Positions 29,898-40,600 of a stretch of DNA of 62,832 bases are shown piece after piece. Numbering within the stretch: position 1 is the first letter of the stretch; the number at the start of each line of letters is the position of its first letter. Location of the stretch: NCBI GenBank assembly GCA_007118135.1, contig SKSE01000083.1, forward strand, positions 1-62,832. Reading direction: 5' to 3'. This DNA is from Bacteroidales bacterium (GTDB lineage: Bacteria; Bacteroidota; Bacteroidia; Bacteroidales; UBA7960). The notes beneath the pieces are model-generated. The model had not been told where the DNA came from. It searched no databases and saw only the letters and a list, made by a program, of their open reading frames with translations. The position numbers and the translations under genes were made by a program.

Positions 29898-31073
29898 ATG
29901 AACAAACTGAAAATAATACTGGTAGCCATTGTACTCATTATAATTGGAGTAAGCTGTAAAACCCAACAACCCATAAGGGTGCAGCACATCAGAAATCTTG
30001 AAACAGGACATAACCTTCAGGGTTTTTATTATGCTCTTCCCCGAACAGTTTTAATGATTGATGTAACTGTTGTAAGAACATCTGAAACACCGGGACCTTT
30101 TGCACCCTATGCTTCGAGATTTCTGGGAATTGAAGATGTGATTACCGAACCTTCAACCACTTACGAAATCAGAGAAGTAAATATTAACTCCTACGCAGAG
30201 CCCGACCCATCCGAATTTTACTTTGTAGAACTTGATTTAACCAAAAACCAAAAAAAACCTCTATCATTACACATGAGTGAAGGCGGACTCATTTCGGCAG
30301 TTAATGCTCCTTTCAATCAGGATGAATTTCTGCATAGCACTTCCCTGGACAGAAAATTCGGAGTTTTTGGAAGTGAAGCAACATTTAACCATTTTGTTGA
30401 ATCAAACCTGCACGAAAAGGTAGATACCATTATTCAATACATCCAGGTTGATACTATGACCGTTGAACGGAGAACCTTAAGACGGCGACTGGTGGAAAAA
30501 TCATCGGAAATCAGGGCTAAGGAAGTAGCTGATTACATTCTGAAAATCCGGGATAAAAAGTTTGACCTTATTAGCGGATTTGCTGAAATAACTTACTCAA
30601 AAGAAACTTTACAATACATGAATGACCAGCTTTCCAGGCAAGAGAATGATTATCTGGAATTATTTACCGGTATTACTTCTCAAAGCAAAATTCAATACAG
30701 ATACTTCTTTATTCCTGATAAGAATACAGCCAGCGTACCTCATACACTTTTCTATTTTTCTAAATCGAACGGTATCATGCCGGAAGAAGAACCCGGCAGC
30801 CATGATGTTAATATAGTGGCAACAAGAAGTAATACCACCCGGCAACTGGGTGTCTTTGTTATGGCACCTGACCGAAGAAAAACAGAAACCGGTTTTTATT
30901 ACCGCATACCTGAACATGGTAATATTACCGTTTCAAAAGGTGGAAGCCCCATCGCCGATGCAAGGATGCTTATCACTCAGTATGGAATAATTACCAGTTT
31001 GCCTCCTGCAGATTTGCAAATCGAATTCTATCCCAATACCGGTTTTCTAAAATCGGTTGAAAAAATAAAATAA
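29898..31073 (+). CDS. Hypothetical lipoprotein (possibly DUF4831 family)
   Basis: Lipobox IGVSC. FYYALPRTVLMIDVTVV...PGPFAPYASRFLGI resembles DUF4831 as I recall it; this is weak. Confidence 0.45.
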   Translation: MNKLKIILVAIVLIIIGVSCKTQQPIRVQHIRNLETGHNLQGFYYALPRTVLMIDVTVVRTSETPGPFAPYASRFLGIEDVITEPSTTYEIREVNINSYAEPDPSEFYFVELDLTKNQKKPLSLHMSEGGLISAVNAPFNQDEFLHSTSLDRKFGVFGSEATFNHFVESNLHEKVDTIIQYIQVDTMTVERRTLRRRLVEKSSEIRAKEVADYILKIRDKKFDLISGFAEITYSKETLQYMNDQLSRQENDYLELFTGITSQSKIQYRYFFIPDKNTASVPHTLFYFSKSNGIMPEEEPGSHDVNIVATRSNTTRQLGVFVMAPDRRKTETGFYYRIPEHGNITVSKGGSPIADARMLITQYGIITSLPPADLQIEFYPNTGFLKSVEKIK

Positions 31074-31093
31074 ATTTAAGATATAACAATATA

Positions 31094-31849
31094 ATGAAAC
31101 ATATCATCATTACTGGACACAGCAAAGGATTGGGTACAGGCATAACTACTGCACTTATTGATGAGAACCATCATATTCACGGAATTTCAAGAACAGACAA
31201 CACTGACCTGCAAAAACTGGCAACTGCAAAGGGTTGCAAGATGAACTTCTATTCCTGTGATCTTTCACATACTGATACTATTGAGCCCATAATGAAACTG
31301 GTTTTTAATAATATCGGGCAGGAAGACTGCGAAGGAGTTTATCTTATAAATAATGCAGGTGTCATAAATCCCATTGGCCCCATTGAAACCCTTGAACCTG
31401 CGCAGATTGATATGCATATGCAAATCAATCTGATGGCACCTATGTATATTATCAGAGAATTTGTGAAGTATTTTACAAACTGGAAAACCGAAAAACGTAT
31501 TTTAAATATTTCATCAGGTGCAGCCATAAATCCTTACCATGGCTGGAGTAACTATTGCACGGGGAAAGCTGGGCTCGATATGTTTACACGCTGCATCGCC
31601 ACTGAACAGGAAGGCAAGAATTATCCTGTTAAACTTGTTGCAGTTGCACCGGGAATTATCGACACTGAAATGCAAACTACCATCAGGGGTACAACAGACG
31701 AACAGTTTATTCACAAGAAAAAGTTTGTAGAACTTAAAGAATCCGGACAATTGGTTGCACCCAACCTTGCAGGAAAAAAAATAAAAGAACTCCTTTTCTC
31801 TGCAAATTTCAAAAATGGCGATATCACTGATATACGCGACCAATATTAA
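31094..31849 (+). CDS. Short-chain dehydrogenase/reductase (SDR; sepiapterin/benzil-reductase-like)
   Basis: IIITGHSKGLGTG (cofactor-binding motif), NNAG and the active-site YCTGKAG (YxxxK). Confidence 0.8.
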   Translation: MKHIIITGHSKGLGTGITTALIDENHHIHGISRTDNTDLQKLATAKGCKMNFYSCDLSHTDTIEPIMKLVFNNIGQEDCEGVYLINNAGVINPIGPIETLEPAQIDMHMQINLMAPMYIIREFVKYFTNWKTEKRILNISSGAAINPYHGWSNYCTGKAGLDMFTRCIATEQEGKNYPVKLVAVAPGIIDTEMQTTIRGTTDEQFIHKKKFVELKESGQLVAPNLAGKKIKELLFSANFKNGDITDIRDQY

Positions 31850-31872
31850 ACAAACCAGTAATACCATTCTTC

Positions 31873-33444
31873 ATGGATAAAATTGACCTTCAGGAATTTG
31901 AAAGTAAGCTTAAAGTAAGAAACCTTCAGATTGAAGATTTTGATGCACTAATACGTATGCAAAAAATATGTTTTCCATCCATGCAAACATGGAGCAGAGA
32001 AAACATTGAAAACCAGTTACGTATTTTTCCCGACGGGCAGATTGTTATAGAAATTGACGGCATGCTGGTAGCATCATCATCCAGCCTTATTATTGACTCT
32101 GAAGATCTTGATCTGGATAAAAGCTGGGATGAAATTTGTGATTTCGGCAATATCGGAACCCATGATCCTGAAGGTGATACCCTTTACGGAATGGAAATTA
32201 TGGTTCATCCTGACTACAGGGGTATGAAACTGGCCACAAGACTTTATGAATCGCGCAAGGAGCTGACAAGGGAGCGTAATCTCATGCGTATTGTAATCGG
32301 TGGCCGGCTTCCGGGGTACAGAAATTATAAAGACAAACTCAGCATTAACCAATATGTAGACCGGGTAACAAGTAAAGCCATTTTTGATCCGGTGCTTACA
32401 CCCCAGTTAAGCAATGGTTTTTCATTGAAAAAGGTAATCAGGGAGTATTTGGATGAAGATAAGGAATCTGGTGGGTTTGCCACCTATCTGGAGTGGGCTA
32501 ACTTCGACTACCACCAGGAAAAAGACAGGAAATATCTTGCTTCACTGCCAACGCGTATTTGTGTTGTGCAATACCAAATGCGACCCATACGAAGTTTTGA
32601 TGATTTTGCAGTACATTGCGAATATTTTGTTGATGTGGCTTCCGGTTATAAAAGTGATTTTGTTATTTTTCCTGAAATCTTCACCTTACAATTGCTATCA
32701 CTCTTTCCCAAAGAAAATCCGGGTACTGCTGCACGAAAAATCGGAGAATTTACAGAGCAATACCTGGAGTTATTCAGTGACCTCTCCATAAAATATAATA
32801 TAAATATAATTGCGGGGTCACACTTTACACCTGAAAACGACAAGCTTTATAATATTGCTTACCTCTTCAAGCGTAATGGCGAAATAGGCAAACAATACAA
32901 ACTGCACATTACACCCAATGAAAAAAAATGGTGGGGAGTTGAACCGGGCCGGAATATCGAAGTTTTCGACACCGATAAAGGTAAAATTGCCATTCAGATT
33001 TGCTACGATATAGAATTTCCGGAGGTTGCACGTATAGCAGTTGAGAGAGGTGCCAGAATCATCTTTGTACCTTTCTGCACCGATGATCGCCAGGGTTACC
33101 TAAGAGTAAGATACTGTGCTCAGGCACGCTGTATTGAAAACCAAATATTTGTGGCTATCGCCGGTACGGTGGGAAACCTGCCACATGTTGACAATATGGA
33201 TATCCAGTACGCTCAGTCAGGAGTTTTCACCCCATCTGATTTCTCCTTTGCCCGCGATGCCATTGCTGCAGAATGTACACCCAATGTTGAGACTGTAATC
33301 ATCAATGATATAGACCTTGAACTGTTAAAACGACATCGCAACCGAGGAACCGTTACCAATTGGAACGACCGTCGTACAGACATATATCGAATTCAGGCCC
33401 TCGACCACGATATTGATCGACACGAACCACAGAATCCATACTAA
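31873..33444 (+). CDS. Bifunctional GNAT N-acetyltransferase / carbon-nitrogen hydrolase (nitrilase superfamily) protein
   Basis: The N-terminal GNAT core is MEIMVHPDYRGMKLATRLYE. The C-terminal CN-hydrolase has FPE..., YKLHITP and the catalytic-Cys motif IAIQICYDIEFPE. Confidence 0.8.
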   Translation: MDKIDLQEFESKLKVRNLQIEDFDALIRMQKICFPSMQTWSRENIENQLRIFPDGQIVIEIDGMLVASSSSLIIDSEDLDLDKSWDEICDFGNIGTHDPEGDTLYGMEIMVHPDYRGMKLATRLYESRKELTRERNLMRIVIGGRLPGYRNYKDKLSINQYVDRVTSKAIFDPVLTPQLSNGFSLKKVIREYLDEDKESGGFATYLEWANFDYHQEKDRKYLASLPTRICVVQYQMRPIRSFDDFAVHCEYFVDVASGYKSDFVIFPEIFTLQLLSLFPKENPGTAARKIGEFTEQYLELFSDLSIKYNINIIAGSHFTPENDKLYNIAYLFKRNGEIGKQYKLHITPNEKKWWGVEPGRNIEVFDTDKGKIAIQICYDIEFPEVARIAVERGARIIFVPFCTDDRQGYLRVRYCAQARCIENQIFVAIAGTVGNLPHVDNMDIQYAQSGVFTPSDFSFARDAIAAECTPNVETVIINDIDLELLKRHRNRGTVTNWNDRRTDIYRIQALDHDIDRHEPQNPY

Positions 33445-33665
33445 AAATCCAAAACAGTTTTTCTATTACAACTAAAAAAATCGGATTCATTTCTTTAATA
33501 AATCCAACAATAACTTTCAAACATAAAACTAATTTGTTTGTTTAACAGTGAGTTTGAAAACTATTGATCAGGTTTTGTTATTGATAGTTACAATAAAATC
33601 CAACGAATATTTACAGAATTTTTTCTTAATTTAATTGATGAATCAAACTATTAGGTAATCAAAAT

Positions 33666-34151
33666 ATGGATAAATTTGAGCGCTTTGAGAACAGGATCGT
33701 TGACTGGATGGCAGTTAATGGAATATATTTGCTAAGAATCAGCATTGGAATTATTTTCTTCTGGTTTGGGTTTCAGAAGTTTTTCCCGGGTATCAGTTCA
33801 GCCGAAGACCTTGCCACACGTACCATAGATGTGCTTTCCTTTGGAATAGTGCAGGCCCCCTACTCTATGCCCATTCTTGCTACCTGGGAAACGCTGATAG
33901 GACTGGGGTTTCTAACCGGAAAGTTTTTCAGAACAACTATAGTCTTACTATATCTGCAAATGGCAGGTACAATTTTCCCTTTATTTGTTTTTCCCGATGA
34001 AACATTCTATATGGTGCCTTTGGTGCCAACCATCGAAGGACAGTATATCATTAAAAACATTATTATTTTATCAGCAGCCCTGGTAATACTGGCATGGGAC
34101 AGGGGAAAAATTATCAGTAAAGACAGGCCGCAAAAAGCTGTTGGTAAATAA
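33666..34151 (+). CDS. DoxX/DUF417-like small integral membrane protein
   Basis: Four predicted TM helices. LLRISIGIIFFWFGFQKF is typical of DoxX/YkgB-type proteins. Confidence 0.55.
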   Translation: MDKFERFENRIVDWMAVNGIYLLRISIGIIFFWFGFQKFFPGISSAEDLATRTIDVLSFGIVQAPYSMPILATWETLIGLGFLTGKFFRTTIVLLYLQMAGTIFPLFVFPDETFYMVPLVPTIEGQYIIKNIIILSAALVILAWDRGKIISKDRPQKAVGK

Positions 34152-34153
34152 TT

Positions 34154-36622
34154 CTACCAGTTGGCCATAAAACTTCTAACATAGAATCTGTACCATGAAT
34201 CGTTGCCAGTAATTTCTCTGACATAACCTGCCGGTTGAATATTAGGTTTTTGTGCTGAAAGGTATATGGCAGCTTTCTTACCTGAAAGCTCTTGCAATGC
34301 TCTGACTTCTCTTGCATCCAAACGGTTATCTTTTAATTCTGTAAGGGTAAGTAAAGCATTATCATGTTCATTTCTATTGGCAAAAAAGCCTACAGCTGCC
34401 TTCATGAGTGAAATATTGGATGAGCCTGACACAAACTCAACCAATGGTTCGTGATATGCCCCGTAGTTTTCCAAATTATTCTTGCTAAAAAAATACGCCG
34501 CTAATGAATATGATGAGAGAAACTCATCAAATCCCTGTCGGGCACCTCTGAAATAAGCTCCCTGAGCTTCCTGTAAAAGCTCCTGATACCGGGCAAGTGT
34601 TGCAACATGTTCTAATTCAACTATTGCATCCCTAAAGGACCATCCGCAATTGTCGTGTTTTGCGGTCAGATTATTAAGCTGCTGATAATCCTGGTTCGCA
34701 CTTACATAATGACCATCCTTTATGCGCTGGGGAATTAATACCAAAAGCCTTTCAATTTCTCTTTGTGCCAGTTCACATTCTTTCTGATGAATCATTTCGG
34801 AAAGACTGATGATTCTCATATTTATGATTGTGTCCTTTCTTAAATCATAACGGATGGCATATTCGATTACATGATTGAGAATAGTTCTTGCTTCATCTGT
34901 TTCGCCGGCCCATGCCCTCAGGTGGCCAAGAGACAGGTCTTCTTTTACAATCTCAATTGCCTGTTTTCCATCGGAGCCGGGCACTATTACCATTGGCTCT
35001 GTAAGAACATATTCAACTTTGAAAATTGCAGCCTCAGTTTTTCTACTTTCAGCTTCGGCAAGTCGGTTATCCATATCAGGTCTGCATACCAGTTCCTGAT
35101 AATTACTGCACAACTCTCTGGCTTCCTGAAGCATATTAACAGCCGTTGCATAATCATAATATAGCAAGGCACGATCTGCCCCGAAGAAATAAGCATCTGC
35201 CACATTTTGCAATAACCTGATGCTTTCGCGATCCGAAGAAATATATCTGCTATTATCCTGCTGATATTGCCTGGCGCTTTCAACATAAGTAACAGCAAAC
35301 GAAAAATTACCCGACTCGTAAGCTCTTCCCGCAACCCTAAGGTATGAATTGTACATACCATAATGAACATTTATAAGGCTTTGCTCTAATTCTGCAGGAC
35401 ATTGCCATACACTAATACTGTTGCAAAAATCATCAAGTTCATCAAGTATACGCAAAGCATCCAGGTAGCGTTCGTCAGCAGCAAGATCGTTTGCTCTCGA
35501 AATTTCCTTTTCCAAAAGTTTTTCAGAAAAATCAGTGATTTCATTTAACCAGATTGAAGGTGGGTATGCCTGCCCCATAAATGCACCTATCCTGTTCAGG
35601 GCACTTGTTGCCTGACCGGCTTCAAGATCCATTTCTGCAAGGGCAAGCTGGGCGGGAATATAAAGACTATTGTAGGAGACTGCTCTTTCAAAGGTATTTC
35701 GAGCTTTTTCTCTATCACCAGTTTTAAGAAATGATTTGCCCTGATCATACAATAAACTGTCAATGTGCGATATTACGAAATTAATTTCCCGACGCAATTT
35801 TACAATTTCCGCACGCAGAAAATTAATATTTTCAATATGACCTAAAGGATCTTTTTCAGTAATCATAGGATAATCCTGAAAAGCTGCAAACTTTAATCGT
35901 CCTGTTATGGCTTCAGCCTCACATAAACGAAATTCATCCAGAATTACTGTTTCAGGATTAATCGTGTCCAGATCATGAATAACCGAAATTACGGTTTTGA
36001 TCTGATCTCCTGAATCATAATAAGATACCAGTCCTTGCTGAAGTGCAACCACATCATGAATAAATTCATCGGGATACCGGAAGTTAACTGAGCTAATCTG
36101 AAAGGATAATTCAGAGACAGAAGGAAAGCTATTTATTGTAAAGGTTAGAATACTGTCAAGATGTTTTTCATCCTGCCAATTTAAGCCGGCAAATTTCAGT
36201 TCACGTAAAATAATATTATCCCCCTCCTTTATTTGGATATTCAAATCAAGTAAAGAAGGTAACAGCCACTGATTGAGATCAAAGTGCCTGTAATTTGTTT
36301 CACCTTCAATAAGTGGGTTGAAAACCTGCAATTGTAGTTTTATCGTGTTATTGCCTGTAGAAACTGTATTGACAGCAACAATGCAACTGAAATTATAACT
36401 TGTAAATACCCTTAGTTTCTGATTACCATCTGCCACAATCTGCAGCAATGTATTCGTAACATGATCACTACCGCTCTGCACACCCGGTCTGAAACGAAAC
36501 TCCTGAGTATGAATATACCTGTTTTCCTGTTTTAAAGGAATGCTCCCAAAAACAGATAATGAATGGAATAAAAAAATAAGTATAAAAAGAAGACTGGTCT
36601 TCTTAAAGAAGTATAAAGGCAT
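34154..36622 (-). CDS. Hypothetical secreted protein with a beta-rich N-terminal domain and long TPR-like helical repeats
   Basis: Signal peptide. TPR-like segments follow (EKARNTFERAVSYNSLYIPAQLALAEMDLEAGQ...). It lies 22 nt downstream of fabG on the same strand. Confidence 0.5.
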   Translation of the reverse strand: MPLYFFKKTSLLFILIFLFHSLSVFGSIPLKQENRYIHTQEFRFRPGVQSGSDHVTNTLLQIVADGNQKLRVFTSYNFSCIVAVNTVSTGNNTIKLQLQVFNPLIEGETNYRHFDLNQWLLPSLLDLNIQIKEGDNIILRELKFAGLNWQDEKHLDSILTFTINSFPSVSELSFQISSVNFRYPDEFIHDVVALQQGLVSYYDSGDQIKTVISVIHDLDTINPETVILDEFRLCEAEAITGRLKFAAFQDYPMITEKDPLGHIENINFLRAEIVKLRREINFVISHIDSLLYDQGKSFLKTGDREKARNTFERAVSYNSLYIPAQLALAEMDLEAGQATSALNRIGAFMGQAYPPSIWLNEITDFSEKLLEKEISRANDLAADERYLDALRILDELDDFCNSISVWQCPAELEQSLINVHYGMYNSYLRVAGRAYESGNFSFAVTYVESARQYQQDNSRYISSDRESIRLLQNVADAYFFGADRALLYYDYATAVNMLQEARELCSNYQELVCRPDMDNRLAEAESRKTEAAIFKVEYVLTEPMVIVPGSDGKQAIEIVKEDLSLGHLRAWAGETDEARTILNHVIEYAIRYDLRKDTIINMRIISLSEMIHQKECELAQREIERLLVLIPQRIKDGHYVSANQDYQQLNNLTAKHDNCGWSFRDAIVELEHVATLARYQELLQEAQGAYFRGARQGFDEFLSSYSLAAYFFSKNNLENYGAYHEPLVEFVSGSSNISLMKAAVGFFANRNEHDNALLTLTELKDNRLDAREVRALQELSGKKAAIYLSAQKPNIQPAGYVREITGNDSWYRFYVRSFMANW

Positions 36623-36644
36623 AAATACGATTAAAACCTCATCA

Positions 36645-37394
36645 TTATTTGGTCATTCCACCACAAACGGCAATAACCTGTCCGGTAATATAAGATGACA
36701 TATCAGATGCAAGGAATAAAGCTACATTGGCAACATCATCAACATTTCCTGCCCTTTTCAATGGAATTTTTTCTGCCCAACCTTTCTTTACATCTTCAGG
36801 CAGACCGGCAGTCATATCTGTTTCAATAAAGCCGGGTGCAATGGCATTACAACGAACATTGCGGGCACCCAGTTCCTGGGCAACTGATTTGGTAAACCCT
36901 ATCATACCTGCTTTTGAAGCGGCATAGTTGGCTTGTCCGGCGTTGCCGCCCAATCCTACAACAGAACTCATATTAATAATGGAACCATAGCGCTGCTTGA
37001 GCATATATTTTTGTACAGCTTTGGTGAGATTGAATGCAGATTTAAGGTTTATCCTGATAACATCATCCCAGTTTTCTTCGGTCATACGCATCAGAAGTGT
37101 ATCGCGGGTGATTCCGGCATTGTTGATTAAAATATCTATCCGGCCAAAATCGGCAGCAACCTGATCAACCAGTTTTTCACTGTCACCAAAGCTACTGGCA
37201 TCAGATGCATATCCTTTTCCTTTTACACCCATGTCAGAGATTTCTTTTTCCAACTCTTTAGCTTTCTCATCATAAAAAAGATCGGAGAAAGCAACCTGGG
37301 CACCCTGTGCTGCAAAAGCAAGCACCAATGCTTTACCTATTCCTCTTGATCCGCCTGTTATTAATGCAACTTTTCCTTCTAATATCTTCATCAC
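36645..37394 (-). CDS. fabG: 3-oxoacyl-[acyl-carrier-protein] reductase
   Basis: GKVALITGGSRGIGKA, NNAGITRD, SSVVGLGGNAGQANYAASKAG, PGFIETDMT, GQVIAVCGGM are classic FabG motifs. Confidence 0.9.
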   Translation of the reverse strand: MMKILEGKVALITGGSRGIGKALVLAFAAQGAQVAFSDLFYDEKAKELEKEISDMGVKGKGYASDASSFGDSEKLVDQVAADFGRIDILINNAGITRDTLLMRMTEENWDDVIRINLKSAFNLTKAVQKYMLKQRYGSIINMSSVVGLGGNAGQANYAASKAGMIGFTKSVAQELGARNVRCNAIAPGFIETDMTAGLPEDVKKGWAEKIPLKRAGNVDDVANVALFLASDMSSYITGQVIAVCGGMTK

Positions 37395-37443
37395 AATTTG
37401 TTTTAATTTATACTTGATGTTTATTTCAAAGTTTTGAATCTAT

Positions 37444-37451
37444 CAAATTTA
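37444..37451 (-). promoter_or_regulatory. TAnnTTTG -7 box (minus strand taaatttg) upstream of fabG
   Basis: The plus strand reads caaattta at 37444-37451, ~50 nt upstream of the fabG ATG and downstream of the long inverted repeat. Confidence 0.4.
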
Positions 37452-37494
37452 TTACAATTTTACTCAACAAACAATTCTCTTTTAGGGCAACAGA

Positions 37495-37621
37495 AAAGAG
37501 GCTGTCTCAAAAGTCAGTTTTGATTTGGACATTGAGCTTGTCGAAGTAGGTATCTGGCTGATAATCAAATGTCATTTCGACAGACTCAACGACCAACCGG
37601 CAGTTATGAGACAGCCTCTTT
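37495..37621. repeat. 127-bp nested inverted-repeat element (likely terminator / structured RNA / REP-like element)
   Basis: Perfect 15-bp arms aaagaggctgtctca (37495-37509) and tgagacagcctcttt (37607-37621). An inner 12-bp arm pair, gagcttgtcgaa (37534-37545) and ttcgacagactc (37576-37587), has 2 mismatches. Confidence 0.75.
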
Positions 37622-37649
37622 ATAGCTTTTCAAATACGAATTACAGGCA

Positions 37650-40600
37650 TCAGAACCATCTTACAAGTTTAAGATCCTGACGATGCGCAAGCAATTCATT
37701 CTTAGGAAACATGCGGAAGGCATAATTATAAATACCAACTCGTTTGGTAGTAACTTCACATTTGTAAGTAACCTTTCCGTTTTCACGTTTCATTTGATCC
37801 ATCTCATATACAGAGATAATAGATTCTTCACCTTCAAAATCTTTCTGAATAAAAACAACTTCAACACCAAAATCTGATTCGTTTAGCTCATTTAAATCCA
37901 GTACAATTTCTGCAACGAACTTATCGCCAAGCAAAAGAGACTTATCTGCAGTATTCATAAGGTTGAGAGATACCAGTTCAATGCTTTCCCATCCACGGTT
38001 GATGTTTGATTTCCAATGCGCCAGTTCTCTTGAACGATCGCATGCATCTGAAAGCATAACATCAGACCGTTTAAATAACTTATTATAGAAAAATTTGAAA
38101 TAGTCATCCATCATGCGTTTATTGGTAAAATGGGGTGCAATTCTGGCAATATTATTTTTCACCCATCTAATCCATTCAACAGGTACGCCATTTTTATTTC
38201 TGTCATAAAACATGGGGATAATCTCATTTTCGAAGGTATTATACACAACCTCAGCATCCAATTCATCCTGGTAGCCTTGATTATCGTAAGTTTTCTCCTC
38301 TTTAATGGCCCAACCGGCCTCAGGTGTATAACCTTCTGCCCACCATCCGTCGAGAACACTGAAATTCATAACACCATTAAGTACGGCTTTCTGACCTGAT
38401 GTTCCGGATGCTTCAAGGGGACGTGTGGGTGTATTCAACCAAATATCAACACCCTTAACCAATGCTTCACCCAGCTCCATATCATAATCTTCAAGGAAAA
38501 TGATTTTTCCTCTAAACTCTTTCATTTTTGAAACTTCAATGATATGCTTAATCAAATCCTGACCGGCTTTATCGGCAGGGTGAGCTTTGCCTGCATAAAG
38601 AAATTGCACAGGCATATCGGGATTATTAACGATTCGCGATAGTTTTTCGAGATCATTAAATAGCAGGCGGGCACGCTTGTAAGTTGCAAAACGACGGGCA
38701 AAACCTATAGTAAGAGTTTTATCATCAAGAGCATCAAGTACCTGGTAAACTTTTTTGGGTGTTTCCTGACGTCGTGAAAGGTTTGACAAAAGACGTTTTT
38801 TGATATACTCCATCAATTTGCGTCTTTGTACCTGCCTCATTTCCCAGATTTTTTCATCGGGAATATCATAGATCTTTTCCCAATGATTGGGATCAGAAAC
38901 ATCATTAAAAAATTCATTTCCAAAAGTATCTGCATAAAGTTTCTGCCACTCCGGAGCACACCATGTACCATAATGAACTCCGTTTGTTACATGGCCAATA
39001 TGAATTTCATCAGCGAAGTATCCCGGATAGAGATCTTTAAACATTTCGCGTGATACACCACCATGAATCTTACTTACACCATTAACTTCAGATGCAAGTT
39101 TGGTGGCAAGTACGCTCATAGAGTATCTTTCATCAGGGTTATCAGGACGTATTTTACCCAGCGACATGAATGTTTCCCATGCAATACCAAGTCGGTCAGC
39201 ATAATGTGGCATATAAGTTCTGAGCATATCTTCACTGAAAAAATCATGACCTGCTGGAACTGGTGTGTGAGTAGTAAATAAACTGCTTGATCTCACGGCT
39301 TCTAAAGCTTCAGGAAAACTGAGTTTTTCGTCCTGTACAAACTTTCTGAGCCTTTCAAGGCCTGCAAATGCTGCATGTCCTTCATTAAGATGATAAACTT
39401 TAGGTTTTATGTTCAAAGCATCAAGCAAACGGATACCACCTATACCCAGCAAAAACTCCTGTTTAAAACGGTTTTCCCAGTCACCGCCATAAAGCTGGTG
39501 AGTTACTACCTTATCAATAGAAGCATTTTCAGGAATATCTGTATCGAGCAAATAAAGAGGAATACGACCAATGTCAATTTTCCATACCTTGGCATAAATA
39601 TTACGCCCCGGAAAAGCGATGCTGATTTTTACCCATTCGCCCATTTCATTCCGAACAGGCTGTGCTGACATATAGGTAAAGTTATGCGACGTATAATTTG
39701 CCATTTGCTCTCCACTTATGGAAAGATTCTGGCTGAAGTAACCGTATCGGTACAATAAGCCAATGCCAATCATATCGATATTATCATCACTTGCCTGTTT
39801 TAAAAAGTCACCTGCCAGAACTCCCAATCCACCGGAGTAAATTTTTACAGAAGTATGTAAACCATACTCCATACTAAAGTAAGCAATAGTATCAGAAGTT
39901 TTTTTCTCAGCTTTCTGCATGTATTCATCAAATTTCTTCACTACACGCTCATACTCCTGCATAAATTCCTTGTCGGCAATCAATTTCTGATAATGCTCGA
40001 CTGTTAGGTTATCCAGCAAGCGAGGTGGGCTTTTTTCAACCCTCTCCCACAAGTCGGGGTCAATGCGTTCAAATAGTAAAGCAGCATCGTAATTCCATGT
40101 CCACCAAAGATTTTTGGCAAGCTTCTGAAGATCTTCCAGTTCTTTGGGAATGTTGATTTCAATAAGAATCTTCTTCCATTTAGGCTTGGATACTTTTGCT
40201 TTATATAAATCCTGGGGTTTTACTGGCTGTTTTTTTGCTTTAAAGAGGTCAGCCCTTTGTTCCACTTTTTTCATAGCATGATCATATGCTATAAAATAAT
40301 TTTCAGCCAATGTATCCCAGAGTGCTGATTTGTAAATCTGGTGTGCCCGTTCACGCAAAGAAATCATGTTTTTATGCACAAGTGCATTGAAACCATTATC
40401 TTCAGCTGTAAGCTGACCAAACTCATCATCATTTATAAGTGAAAGAATGATATCCGAGATATTTTCCGACACCTGTTGTGAATTATTGTCGTTTCTTTCT
40501 AATACTGCCACACTGCGATAATCATCAGGGAAATTATCTCTTGCCCAAATTCCGAATCCTGCAAGTGACGTGGTAACAGTGGGCACATAAAATGCAAGGC

